Positions 1 through 9,181 of a DNA stretch of 64,000 bases are shown here, one piece after another (within the stretch, counting starts at the first letter, position 1; each line of letters starts with the position of its first letter). Source of the DNA: an uncultured Clostridia bacterium (GTDB lineage Bacteria; Bacillota; Clostridia; Christensenellales; UBA1242); contig CALWJU010000041.1 of assembly GCA_944381105.1 (NCBI GenBank), positions 1,217 through 65,216 on the forward strand, in the 5' to 3' direction. The translations under genes were made by a program, and so were the position numbers. Under the pieces are notes generated by a model. The model had not been told where the DNA came from. It saw only the letters and a list, made by a program, of their open reading frames with translations, and searched no databases.

Positions 1-153
1 TGGATTTTATAAGTATTTGTAATAATAGAATATAAAAATAAAATGATTAGAAAACTATTAAAGATTTACAATTATAATTAGGTAAAAGAGTTGGGCTTTA
101 TTAGTTGCCAGTACTGTTACGGCAAACATAGAGAAATTCGCGATTTTTTAATT

Positions 154-1155
154 TTAGTATGTAAATTCTTGTTCCATTTGGTTTACATAATCTTTATCTG
201 TTTCAATAATTGTGTCATATATTTTGCTGATATTGCTTCCAATAGTGGTTATTGTCCCATCAACATTAATTGGTTCTTGCAATCTATTTATATTTTTGTT
301 TATCCATTCTCTTTTTTCTTTCAAAAGTTGAGCATGGGTCTTTTTTGTCCCATCTTCATTATACACAAGCTTTAACACTGGAAATCGTTTCACCAAATTC
401 CAGCCATTCGTACACATTTGGGCATCGACTAACTCTGACACTCGAAATGCAAACGGCTCAACTTCTCCTTCTAAAATCGGGTTGGTACTTATAAGACCGA
501 TATGTTTATTAAAATAACAATCATTATATTTTTTCTCTTGCTTTTCGCTTACGACAAGTTCTCTTTCTGTCTTTTTTGAAAATTCTGAATTTGGCACGCA
601 TTCAGCCATAAACTCAGCTATTTTTTTGTAACTTGTTCTAATCGCTTCACGCTCTATTAAAAACGAATCATGATTAGCCCGATAAAACCTTGGTTCACAT
701 GAAACCAACATGCTTTCTTTTGTATAAATAATTGCTTTTGGAGATAATTTACAAACATCAGATTCTCTGCATATTGCTTCTTGCTCAGCATGACGAACTT
801 CATGAAACACGCAACGAATTATATCATTTATTCTTGAGTTTCTTTGAGAAATACTTCCTTTGTAATAAGGTCCTATCTTAAAACCAGCATAATCAGCACT
901 AAGGGCATTTTCATTTATTCCCAGTGATAGAGTGCCGTCTTGGTTATGAAGCATTGCAAAACGAACTTTCTCATCTTCGTCATTTAAAGGCAAAATGTCT
1001 CCAATAGGGAGTTTGAATGAACTGTTATTTACAGTTTCAAAGAAGAGTGTCTCTACCATCGGAACAATTTTTTTCTGAACAAAGTTAGTTCCTTCGCAAT
1101 CTGGAGAGGATATAATACTAACAAAAAATTTTTTTAATTTTTCATCTATTTTCAT
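154..1155 (-). CDS. hypothetical protein with HExxH (zincin-like) motif
   Basis: 333-aa ORF in an AT-rich, stop-rich background. AAGGA lies 7 nt before the ATG, with TTGAAA-17-TATAAT upstream. Contains FHEVRHAEQE (HExxH). No family recognised. Confidence 0.55.
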   Translation of the reverse strand: MKIDEKLKKFFVSIISSPDCEGTNFVQKKIVPMVETLFFETVNNSSFKLPIGDILPLNDEDEKVRFAMLHNQDGTLSLGINENALSADYAGFKIGPYYKGSISQRNSRINDIIRCVFHEVRHAEQEAICRESDVCKLSPKAIIYTKESMLVSCEPRFYRANHDSFLIEREAIRTSYKKIAEFMAECVPNSEFSKKTERELVVSEKQEKKYNDCYFNKHIGLISTNPILEGEVEPFAFRVSELVDAQMCTNGWNLVKRFPVLKLVYNEDGTKKTHAQLLKEKREWINKNINRLQEPINVDGTITTIGSNISKIYDTIIETDKDYVNQMEQEFTY

Positions 1156-1255
1156 AACAATTTCCTTACATTAAAATTATAACATATTTATTGTAAATTT
1201 TCAATATAAAAATAATCTGATTTGAAAATAATTTTTTAAATAATGTTATTAAGGT

Positions 1256-1283
1256 TTGAATTATAATAATTTTATGATATAAT
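1256..1283 (+). promoter_or_regulatory. sigma-A type promoter TTGAAT-16-TATAAT (TG-extended), only 6 nt from the ATG at 1290
   Basis: TTGAAT 1256-1261, TG 1275-1276, TATAAT 1278-1283. No SD in GTAAGT before the ATG. Confidence 0.5.
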
Positions 1284-1289
1284 GTAAGT

Positions 1290-2093
1290 ATGCAAATCAC
1301 ACATATTGGCAAGGAGAATGCCACATTTCAGCAAATTTTTGCACTTAAAAATAACAGAAACAAAAGATTGCATATGGGGCAGTTCTTTGTTGAAGGCGTC
1401 CAAAATATAAAAAATGCTATAAGCAATAATTGGCATATAAATGCTTTTATTTTTTCGCAAGATAAAGAGTTGTCTCAATGGGCTAAAAGTATTCTTCATT
1501 TTTCTGATATTAACTATGCTTTATCAAGTGAACTGATGAATAAATTAAGTGATAAAACAGATACAAGCGAAATACTTGCTATAATCAAAATGAAACAAGA
1601 ATTTAATTTTTTTAATACAAAGAATCCTGTGTATGTTCTACTTGATAGACCATCAAAGAAAGGTAATTTAGGTAGTATAATAAGGTCTTGTGATGCTTTG
1701 AATGTGGATTTTTTATTTTATTCTGGTCATAGTGTGGATATATATGACCATGAAGTTATCACTGCATCAATGGGTTCATTTTTCAGGGTGCCTTTTGGTT
1801 TTATAGAGTCAAATGAAGATTTTTCAAGTTTGATATATAACCTTAAAAATATGTATAAAGATTTTCAAGTGGTTGCGACTTCATTACAAGCAGAGGATAA
1901 AATTCAAGATTGTGATTTTACTAAACCTACTCTTCTTTTGATTGGAAATGAAGCGGATGGGCTGTGTAAATTTTACAAAGAAAATGCTGACAAGTCTATT
2001 ATAATACCTATAAAAAAAGATATAGATTCTCTTAACGTCGCATGTGCAACTTCTATTTGTTTATATGAAATTCAAAGGCAAAGGAGTTTATGA
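1290..2093 (+). CDS. TrmH/SpoU family RNA 2'-O-methyltransferase
   Basis: C-terminal SpoU knot motifs LLIGNEADGL and SLNVACATSICLYE; N-terminal substrate-binding-like domain. Confidence 0.8.
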   Translation: MQITHIGKENATFQQIFALKNNRNKRLHMGQFFVEGVQNIKNAISNNWHINAFIFSQDKELSQWAKSILHFSDINYALSSELMNKLSDKTDTSEILAIIKMKQEFNFFNTKNPVYVLLDRPSKKGNLGSIIRSCDALNVDFLFYSGHSVDIYDHEVITASMGSFFRVPFGFIESNEDFSSLIYNLKNMYKDFQVVATSLQAEDKIQDCDFTKPTLLLIGNEADGLCKFYKENADKSIIIPIKKDIDSLNVACATSICLYEIQRQRSL

Positions 2094-2188
2094 AAATATA
2101 TATATTTAAATTTGCTAATTGAAAATAATTTATTTGAGTAGTCTTAACGAATACAATTATTTGGTTTTATAAAAATAGGAGGGGAATA

Positions 2189-2653
2189 TTGATTAAATTG
2201 ATGGGTAAGACGTTTGATATAAATGATTACATTGAAAATGTCTATTGCTTAGATAATTTTTCTGCGTTTTGCGTTAAGATTGATGGTATTAAATACAAGA
2301 CTGTTGAGCACGCATTTCAAACAATAAAATTTTTAGATTCTGCACCCGAAATAGCGGATAAAATCAAAAATTCCAATTCTCCATTTGAGGCACGAGAGTT
2401 AGCCTATAATTACAAATTATTGAGGAGAAAAGACTGGGGACAAGTTAAGTATGATATTATGGAAATGTTGTTACGACAAAAGGTAAATCAAAATGCCTAT
2501 GTTAGAGAAAAATTAATCAATACAAGCCCATATACTATTGTTGAAGATTGTGGAGAAGATGATGATAAAGATTGGGGGTGCGGACTCGACGGAACAGGTA
2601 ATAATAACTTAGGTAAATTATGGATGAAAGTTAGAGATGAAATATTGCATTAA
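2189..2653 (+). CDS. NADAR (YbiA-like, DUF1768) family protein
   Basis: FSAFC..IDGIKYKTVEHAFQ and NNLGKLWMKVRDE resemble the NADAR/YbiA signature. GGAGG lies 6 nt before the TTG start. Confidence 0.7.
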   Translation: MIKLMGKTFDINDYIENVYCLDNFSAFCVKIDGIKYKTVEHAFQTIKFLDSAPEIADKIKNSNSPFEARELAYNYKLLRRKDWGQVKYDIMEMLLRQKVNQNAYVREKLINTSPYTIVEDCGEDDDKDWGCGLDGTGNNNLGKLWMKVRDEILH

Positions 2654-2800
2654 TCTGTATGATATGAAAATAATTAATAATTCATTTAGATTTATAAATA
2701 TCTGCATTAGTAGAATGTAGTAGTGAATAAAAGACATAGAAATTAATTACATTTATGGTAGCAAATATGTAAAATAATATTTAAGAACATATCACTTATT

Positions 2801-3691
2801 TTAATCATCTATTAGTTTTTCAAAATCTTTTGGAAAGGGTACTGAAAAAGTTAGTGTCTCTTGCTTAAAAGGATGATAAAATGATACATCTTTACAAATA
2901 AGGGCAGTGTGGTTAATCGTTTGAGTTTTGTTTCCGTAAAGTTCATCGCCAAGCAGGGCATGTCCTATACTTGAAAGATGCACTCTTATTTGATGAGTTC
3001 TGCCATGGATAAGGTTTACTTTTATAAGAGTAAACTTTTTTATTTGATTATCTTCCTTTATCTCGCAAATTTTAATAGGGCGGACAAAGGTCTTTGCATC
3101 TTTGCCGTCATTTGCTATCTCTCTTTTCTGATTATTGATTTTATCCTTAGAAGTGGTTTTTATCTTTTTATCAATTACTAAATCTCTATCTATAACGCCC
3201 TCGCATATGGCATAATAGGTCTTATTTATATCCTTAATTTCTTTTTGTGAAATGCTATCTTTTGCAACAATCACAATACCTGATGTGTCTTTATCTAATC
3301 TGTTTATAATCCTTAATGTAAAGTTTGGGTCTTTGTCTTTCATATATAAACATATTCCGCCTGCAAGGTTAAAGGAATAATGCGATTTGCTAGGCATACT
3401 AGCAAGTCCTGCTGGTTTATTTATTAGTAAGTAGTATTCATCTTCATATACTATATTTAGTGGTAGTATGCATTGCATAATAGTAGTTTTGTTGTTAGGA
3501 TTTGAATTGATGGCAAGGTCATCACCAATAGAAAGAGAATGGTTGATTGTAACATCATTGCCGTTTACCTTGATATATCCCATCTGTTTTCTTAGATTTG
3601 TAGTAAAGTTTTCTGAAAAATCGTTATCTTTTAAGAAAAAGTAAATGGTAGAATAGTTTTTTGTTATTTGATAGTGCTGATATTTTATCAT
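2801..3691 (-). CDS. RluA-family pseudouridine synthase with S4-like N-terminus
   Basis: INRLDKDTSGIVIVAK (catalytic Asp motif) and HGRTHQIRVHL. Start moved to the ATG at 3691, which has AAGGAG 7 nt upstream; the ORF-track TTG start at 3736 has no SD. Confidence 0.85.
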   Translation of the reverse strand: MIKYQHYQITKNYSTIYFFLKDNDFSENFTTNLRKQMGYIKVNGNDVTINHSLSIGDDLAINSNPNNKTTIMQCILPLNIVYEDEYYLLINKPAGLASMPSKSHYSFNLAGGICLYMKDKDPNFTLRIINRLDKDTSGIVIVAKDSISQKEIKDINKTYYAICEGVIDRDLVIDKKIKTTSKDKINNQKREIANDGKDAKTFVRPIKICEIKEDNQIKKFTLIKVNLIHGRTHQIRVHLSSIGHALLGDELYGNKTQTINHTALICKDVSFYHPFKQETLTFSVPFPKDFEKLIDD

Positions 3692-3975
3692 AAAGTGCTC
3701 CTTTTGATATATTTTTAAATAAGTCGTGTATGCCAATTTTGAGACATACTTTATATGATTATCGTTTTGTTAATGTTAATAATAATTTACAGAATGAATT
3801 GAACTTATTACTTGGTTTTTTGTTAGAGTAGAACACAGTGAAATAGAAGGGAAAGTTAATGTGAAAGGTTATTAATTTCATTGCTTCTTAAATTATCTGC
3901 TTATTAATCAACTCCAACATAGTATAGCAAAAATATATTATTTTGTAAAATTTATTTTAAACCACTTTAAAAGAC

Positions 3976-4004
3976 TTGACATATTTTTTTTATTATTATA
4001 TAAT
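3976..4004 (+). promoter_or_regulatory. consensus sigma-A promoter TTGACA-17-TATAAT for the pheS leader
   Basis: TTGACA 3976-3981, 17-nt spacer, TATAAT 3999-4004. Confidence 0.7.
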
Positions 4005-4009
4005 TTTAA

Positions 4010-4612
4010 TGTTTAAAAGCGATGATGAAAGACTAGTAACAAGATGTAATTATTCCAGAGAGCCTATTAGTTGCTGAAATATAGGTATAATGAACCTTGT
4101 GAATTCACTTTCTAGCTACATTTATGAAACTATTTTCCTTAATGCGAAACTTATAAAATGTGTTTGTATCAGTAGCAAATTTAGTAATGATTCTATAAGA
4201 TGAGTGTAAAAAATAGCTCTAATCTCTGCGTAAAAGATAAAGTTATAAAGACAAAATCTTATGTTTTATTAAATGATGGAAAATAGGTGTAGTTTATGTC
4301 GTAAAACCTGCGTTAAAGGTAATTAAGGATTGAATTTATATAAAAAATAGAGCGAGTGGTAAGTTAAAAATGCGGTTATATCTTACATACTTAGGTCTTT
4401 GATGGTATAACTGTTAAAAAGCCCAAAAACGCAAAATGATTTAAAGCGAATGTAGTTATCTCGCAATTTGGAAACATCACTTTTTATGTCTTGCAAGATT
4501 GGTTATTGTTTATACTTTTAATGGCTTGTGGATATATAGATTCAATTAAAATTAGGTGGTACCACGAAGAGACCTTCTTTCGTCCTAATACGAGAGGGTC
4601 TTTATTTGTTAT
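4010..4612 (+). promoter_or_regulatory. T-box riboswitch leader (Phe specifier) with intrinsic terminator
   Basis: Stem I elements: GCGATGATGAAAG (GA/K-turn-like), CCAGAGAGC, GTTGCTGAAA. Specifier GAA-UUC-A with UUC at 4104-4106. T-box sequence AAATTAGGTGGTACCACG at 4548-4566. Terminator AGACCTTCT / AGAGGGTCT plus TTATTTGTT at about 4568-4610. Confidence 0.8.
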
Positions 4613-4625
4613 AAAGGAGAATGTT

Positions 4626-5648
4626 ATGATAAGTGAACAACTTGAAACAATAAAGGAGCAATTACTTGCTGAAATCAATGGTGCTGAAAGGGTCAACCAA
4701 ATAGGACAAATTAGGGCAAAGGCTTTTGGAAAGTCTGGTTCGATATCTGCACTATCAAAGGGTATGAGAGATTTGAGTCCTGAGGAGAGACCTAAATTTG
4801 GGGCAATGATTAATGAACTTAAAAAAGTCATCGAAGAAAGTTTATCTTTAAAGGAAGGTGAACTTGAAGAAATAGAATTGAAGAATAAACTTGAAAGCGA
4901 ACAAGTGGATATAACTGAACCTTCAAATATAAGAGAGATTGGAGCACTTCATCCTATTGCTGATGTAATAGATAGACTTACGGATATATGTGTCGACATG
5001 GGATTTTCGGTTGTTGAAGGCCCAGAAATAGAAAGTGATTATTATAATTTCGAGGCTATGAATATACCAAAAAATCATCCATCTAGGGATATGCAAGATA
5101 CTTTCTTTATAACTGACGAAATACTTTTAAGATCTCACACTTCGGCAGTACAAGCAAGGGAGATGGAGACAAGAAAACCGCCTTTTAAGATTATTTGTCC
5201 TGGAAAAACATATAGAAACGATAGCGATGCAACACATAGTCCTATATTTCATCAAATTGAAGGATTGGTTATTGATGAAAATATTTCAATGGCTGATTTG
5301 AAATCAATGCTAACAATACTTATGAGAAGGTTGTATGGTAATGATACTAAGATAAGATTTAGACCATCATTTTTCCCTTTCACTGAGCCAAGCATAGAGG
5401 TTGATGTATCTTGTCCTAGTTGCCACGGAAAAGGTTGTAAAATTTGCAAGGGTAGTGGTATGCTTGAACTTTTAGGTGCAGGAATTGTAAATCCAAAGGT
5501 GCTTGAAATGTCTGGAATTGATAGTAAAAAATATCGAGGTTTTGCTTTTGGTTTTGGATTGGATCGTACTGCAATGATCCTTAATAGTATAAACAATATA
5601 CGTAATTTTTACAGAAATGATATAAGATTTTTAGAACAGATGAAATAA
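4626..5648 (+). CDS. pheS: phenylalanine--tRNA ligase alpha subunit
   Basis: Class II motifs FFPFTEPS and GFAFGFGLDRTAM. Start set at ATG 4626 (AAGGAGA 7 nt upstream); the longer ORF-track start at 4491 lies inside the T-box leader. Confidence 0.95.
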   Translation: MISEQLETIKEQLLAEINGAERVNQIGQIRAKAFGKSGSISALSKGMRDLSPEERPKFGAMINELKKVIEESLSLKEGELEEIELKNKLESEQVDITEPSNIREIGALHPIADVIDRLTDICVDMGFSVVEGPEIESDYYNFEAMNIPKNHPSRDMQDTFFITDEILLRSHTSAVQAREMETRKPPFKIICPGKTYRNDSDATHSPIFHQIEGLVIDENISMADLKSMLTILMRRLYGNDTKIRFRPSFFPFTEPSIEVDVSCPSCHGKGCKICKGSGMLELLGAGIVNPKVLEMSGIDSKKYRGFAFGFGLDRTAMILNSINNIRNFYRNDIRFLEQMK

Positions 5649-5657
5649 GGAGTAAAT

Positions 5658-8069
5658 ATGAAAGTAACATACAATTGGTTAAAAGAATTTGTAAATTTAA
5701 CAGCCTCACCAGAAGAGGTCGCTGAAAAATTGACTTCTGCTGGAATGGAAGTTGAGGAGATTATTTATCAAAATAAGAACCTTCATGATGTGGTTGTAGG
5801 AAAAATTTTAAAGATTGAAAAACATCCACAAGCAGACAAATTGGTGGTTTGTCAAGTAGATATTGGCAATTCAATTACTCAAATCATAACTGCTGCAACA
5901 AATGTTTTTGAGGGGGCTGTTGTGCCTGTAAGTTTGCCAGGTGCAGACCTTGTAAATGGTATAAAAATACAAAAAGCAAAGATGAGAGGTGTAGAGTCAT
6001 GTGGAATGTTCTGTTCTGGTGAAGAATTAGGTATAGATGAAAACTATTTTGAGGGAGCAGGCGTTAATGGTATACTCATATTGCCAAAGGACTTTAAAGC
6101 AGGTACTCCTATTGAAAAAGCGCTTATGCTTGATGACGTTATATATGATATAAATATCACACCTAATAGGGCTGATTGTATGAGTGTAATAGGCATAGCG
6201 AGAGAGGTTTGTGCTATATATGGTTTAGATATGAGAAAGGTAAATCTAAGTTATGATATTGATGTTTACGCAAAGGATACCATTCATGATTATATAAAAG
6301 TTAACGTAAACACTCCTAACTGTCAAAGATACATGGCGACGGCTATTACTAATGTAAAAATTGAAAGGTCTCCTTTATGGATGAGGGCAAGACTCAATGC
6401 AGTTGGTATAAAGCCTATTTGTAATCTTGTTGATATTACAAATTATGTTTTGGTTGAAATGGGACAGCCACTGCATGCGTTTGATCAGTCTATGATAGAA
6501 GGGCAAGAGATTAATGTAAGACAGGCAAAAGAGGGCGAAACAATTGATGCACTCAATCATAATACCTATACTCTTGATGAAAATACTATGGTTATTGCTG
6601 ACAAATGTAAACCTATGGTTATTGCAGGGGTTATTGGTGGAACAAACTCTTGTATAAATGAAAATACAAGTAAATGCGTGCTTGAAAGTGCTATATTTGA
6701 CCTTAAATCGATTAGGCTTACAAGTAGGAAAATAGGTGTTAGGACTGACTCGTCTGCTAGGTATTCAAAAGGAGTAAATGTAGCAAATGCAGAATTAGGA
6801 ATGGGAAGAGCGTTGCATCTGGTTACAAAACTAAAATGTGGCAAAATTGTACGTGGAAGAATTGATATTGCCTCTGTTAAAAATGAAGCAAGAAAAATAA
6901 TTGTATCGGCTAAACTTATTAACGATATACTTGGTCTTCAAATAAAGCCACAAGATATGATTAGAATACTAAATAATTTGAGCATAGAGTCAACCCTTGC
7001 TGGTGATAAGATTACTTGCATTGTGCCTCCATATAGAGAAGATATAGAAAATGACTATGATATAGCAGAGGAAGTCATTAGATTTTATGGTTATGACGTT
7101 TATGACAATATTGAATATGAACTGTTTAAAAATTCGAAAGTAAGTGAAGGACATCATCATCCTAGACTTGCCTTAGAGAGAAAATTTAGAAATTCTCTTG
7201 TAGATTTTGGATTCTATGAAAATATTTCTTATACGCTTGTACCGAGCGATAGTGCAAATAAATTGTTATTAAATGATAACAGAAAGAATTTGATAAGAAT
7301 TGCAAATCCAATCAGTGATGAAATTTCATGTATGAGAACATCTTTGGCGCACTCCTTGCTTTCAAATATTGCCTATAATCTTTCTGTTGGTAATAAAAAA
7401 ATGAAAATTTTTGAATGTGGACGAGAATATATTGCAGATAGTTTGCCACTTGAAAAATTGCCTGCTGAGAAAAATATGCTTGCTCTTGCAATTTGTGAAG
7501 ATGATAAGGAACATAAAAATTTCTTTTATATGAAAGGTATAATAGAAATGCTTTTAAATAAGACTTCGGTAGAATACACATTGGTTCGTTCAAAAGAACC
7601 TTATCTTCATCCTGGGATTTCTGCTGACATTATCGCAAATGGTAAGGTGGTAGGGTCATTTGGGCAAATTCATCCAATAGTTGCCAAAAATTATGATGTG
7701 CCGAGTTATGTGGTCTATGGTGAAATTGATGATGATTATCTATCTAATCTTGTTGAAAAACAACGTGCATTTAAAGATATTTCAAAATATCCTATTGTTG
7801 AGAGAGACCTTGCCATAGTTGTAGAAGAAAAAGTTTCTGCAAAGGAGATATTAGATTCAATTAAATCTTCTTGCGGTAAACTATGCTATAAAGTGGAACT
7901 TTTCGATATTTATAGAAATCAAGATTTAAAATCGCAAAGTAAAAAGAGTCTAGCGTTTAATATAAAACTTTCAGACCTTGACAAGACACTTACTGATGAA
8001 GAGGTAAATAAAATTACACAAAAAGTTCTTAAAGCGTTGTCTTATAAATTTGGAGCGATACTAAGATGA
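5658..8069 (+). CDS. pheT: phenylalanine--tRNA ligase beta subunit
   Basis: 803 aa. N-terminal tRNA-binding domain (KHPQADKL), B3/4 and B5 regions, C-terminal FDX-ACB-like domain. Lies directly after pheS. Confidence 0.95.
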   Translation: MKVTYNWLKEFVNLTASPEEVAEKLTSAGMEVEEIIYQNKNLHDVVVGKILKIEKHPQADKLVVCQVDIGNSITQIITAATNVFEGAVVPVSLPGADLVNGIKIQKAKMRGVESCGMFCSGEELGIDENYFEGAGVNGILILPKDFKAGTPIEKALMLDDVIYDINITPNRADCMSVIGIAREVCAIYGLDMRKVNLSYDIDVYAKDTIHDYIKVNVNTPNCQRYMATAITNVKIERSPLWMRARLNAVGIKPICNLVDITNYVLVEMGQPLHAFDQSMIEGQEINVRQAKEGETIDALNHNTYTLDENTMVIADKCKPMVIAGVIGGTNSCINENTSKCVLESAIFDLKSIRLTSRKIGVRTDSSARYSKGVNVANAELGMGRALHLVTKLKCGKIVRGRIDIASVKNEARKIIVSAKLINDILGLQIKPQDMIRILNNLSIESTLAGDKITCIVPPYREDIENDYDIAEEVIRFYGYDVYDNIEYELFKNSKVSEGHHHPRLALERKFRNSLVDFGFYENISYTLVPSDSANKLLLNDNRKNLIRIANPISDEISCMRTSLAHSLLSNIAYNLSVGNKKMKIFECGREYIADSLPLEKLPAEKNMLALAICEDDKEHKNFFYMKGIIEMLLNKTSVEYTLVRSKEPYLHPGISADIIANGKVVGSFGQIHPIVAKNYDVPSYVVYGEIDDDYLSNLVEKQRAFKDISKYPIVERDLAIVVEEKVSAKEILDSIKSSCGKLCYKVELFDIYRNQDLKSQSKKSLAFNIKLSDLDKTLTDEEVNKITQKVLKALSYKFGAILR

Positions 8070-9181
8070 TATATCTTGATAATGCGGCAACAACTAGAAT
8101 GTATGAAGGAGCGGTAGACGTTTATAAAAAATACGCCTGCCAATCTTTTTATAACATGTCAGCAGGGTACAATAAAGCAATAGAAGTTGCAAAAGATATA
8201 GATGAAACTAGAAATCTCATATTGAAAAAATTAGGAGTTAGAGGATATATAATATTCACAAGCGGTGCTACTGAAAGTAACAATCTTGCTATATATGGTA
8301 GTAAACGAAATGGTAAATGGGAATATGTATTTTCTGAGGGAGAACATCCAAGTGTATACAATGTAGCAACTGATCTTCAAAATCAGGGTTTTGTTGTTCA
8401 TTTTGTAAGGTTAAAAGAAAATGGTCAGATTGATTATGAACAATTACAAAATGTTATAAACGAAAGGACAAGACTCATATCTGTGATGCATGTTAGTAAT
8501 GAAACTGGTGCGATAAATGACTTAAAAAGAGTAGATTTAATAAGGCAAAAATTTAGTCCAAAGGCTTTGTTGCATGTTGACGGAGTTCAGGCTTTTTGTA
8601 AACTAGACTACAAGATAGGGGACTATAATATTGACTTATATACTATATCTAGTCATAAATTTCATGGGCCAAAAGGTGTTGGTGCGTTATATGTAAAAAA
8701 TTTGAATGCTCTAAAAAATATCACTTTTGGTGGTGGACAAGAAAAAGGTTATAGGTCGGGTACAGAGAATACGAGTGGAATTATGGCTATGGGATATGCC
8801 ATAAGTCATTTCAACACCAAAGATAATTATAACTATGTTGAACAGTTAAAAAATCTACTGAAAGAGCAACTTTCTGTTGATAAAAAGATAAAAATCTTTG
8901 ATGTAGGAAGTCCATATATTCTGAGTGTAACCTTTCCAGGTGTCAATGGCGAAACGTTAATGCGAGCATTGCAAGATTATGATATTTTAGTAGGCAATGG
9001 TAGTGCATGCTCTACTAGAAAGGCTGGTAATAGAGTGCTTGAAAGTATGGGCTATAACCTTAATGAAATAAAGTCTCATGTAAGAATATCTTTTTCAGAA
9101 GAGTTGTCCTTAAAAGAGATTGATTTTGCTGGTAAAAAGATTGTTGAGGTCTATAATAACATTTTGGAGAAAGTGAAATGA
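8066..9181 (+). CDS. cysteine desulfurase (NifS/IscS/NifZ-like, class V aminotransferase)
   Basis: PLP-lysine motif SSHKFHGPKGVGALY and active-site loop GSACS. ATGA overlap with the pheT stop. Confidence 0.85.
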   Translation: MIYLDNAATTRMYEGAVDVYKKYACQSFYNMSAGYNKAIEVAKDIDETRNLILKKLGVRGYIIFTSGATESNNLAIYGSKRNGKWEYVFSEGEHPSVYNVATDLQNQGFVVHFVRLKENGQIDYEQLQNVINERTRLISVMHVSNETGAINDLKRVDLIRQKFSPKALLHVDGVQAFCKLDYKIGDYNIDLYTISSHKFHGPKGVGALYVKNLNALKNITFGGGQEKGYRSGTENTSGIMAMGYAISHFNTKDNYNYVEQLKNLLKEQLSVDKKIKIFDVGSPYILSVTFPGVNGETLMRALQDYDILVGNGSACSTRKAGNRVLESMGYNLNEIKSHVRISFSEELSLKEIDFAGKKIVEVYNNILEKVK

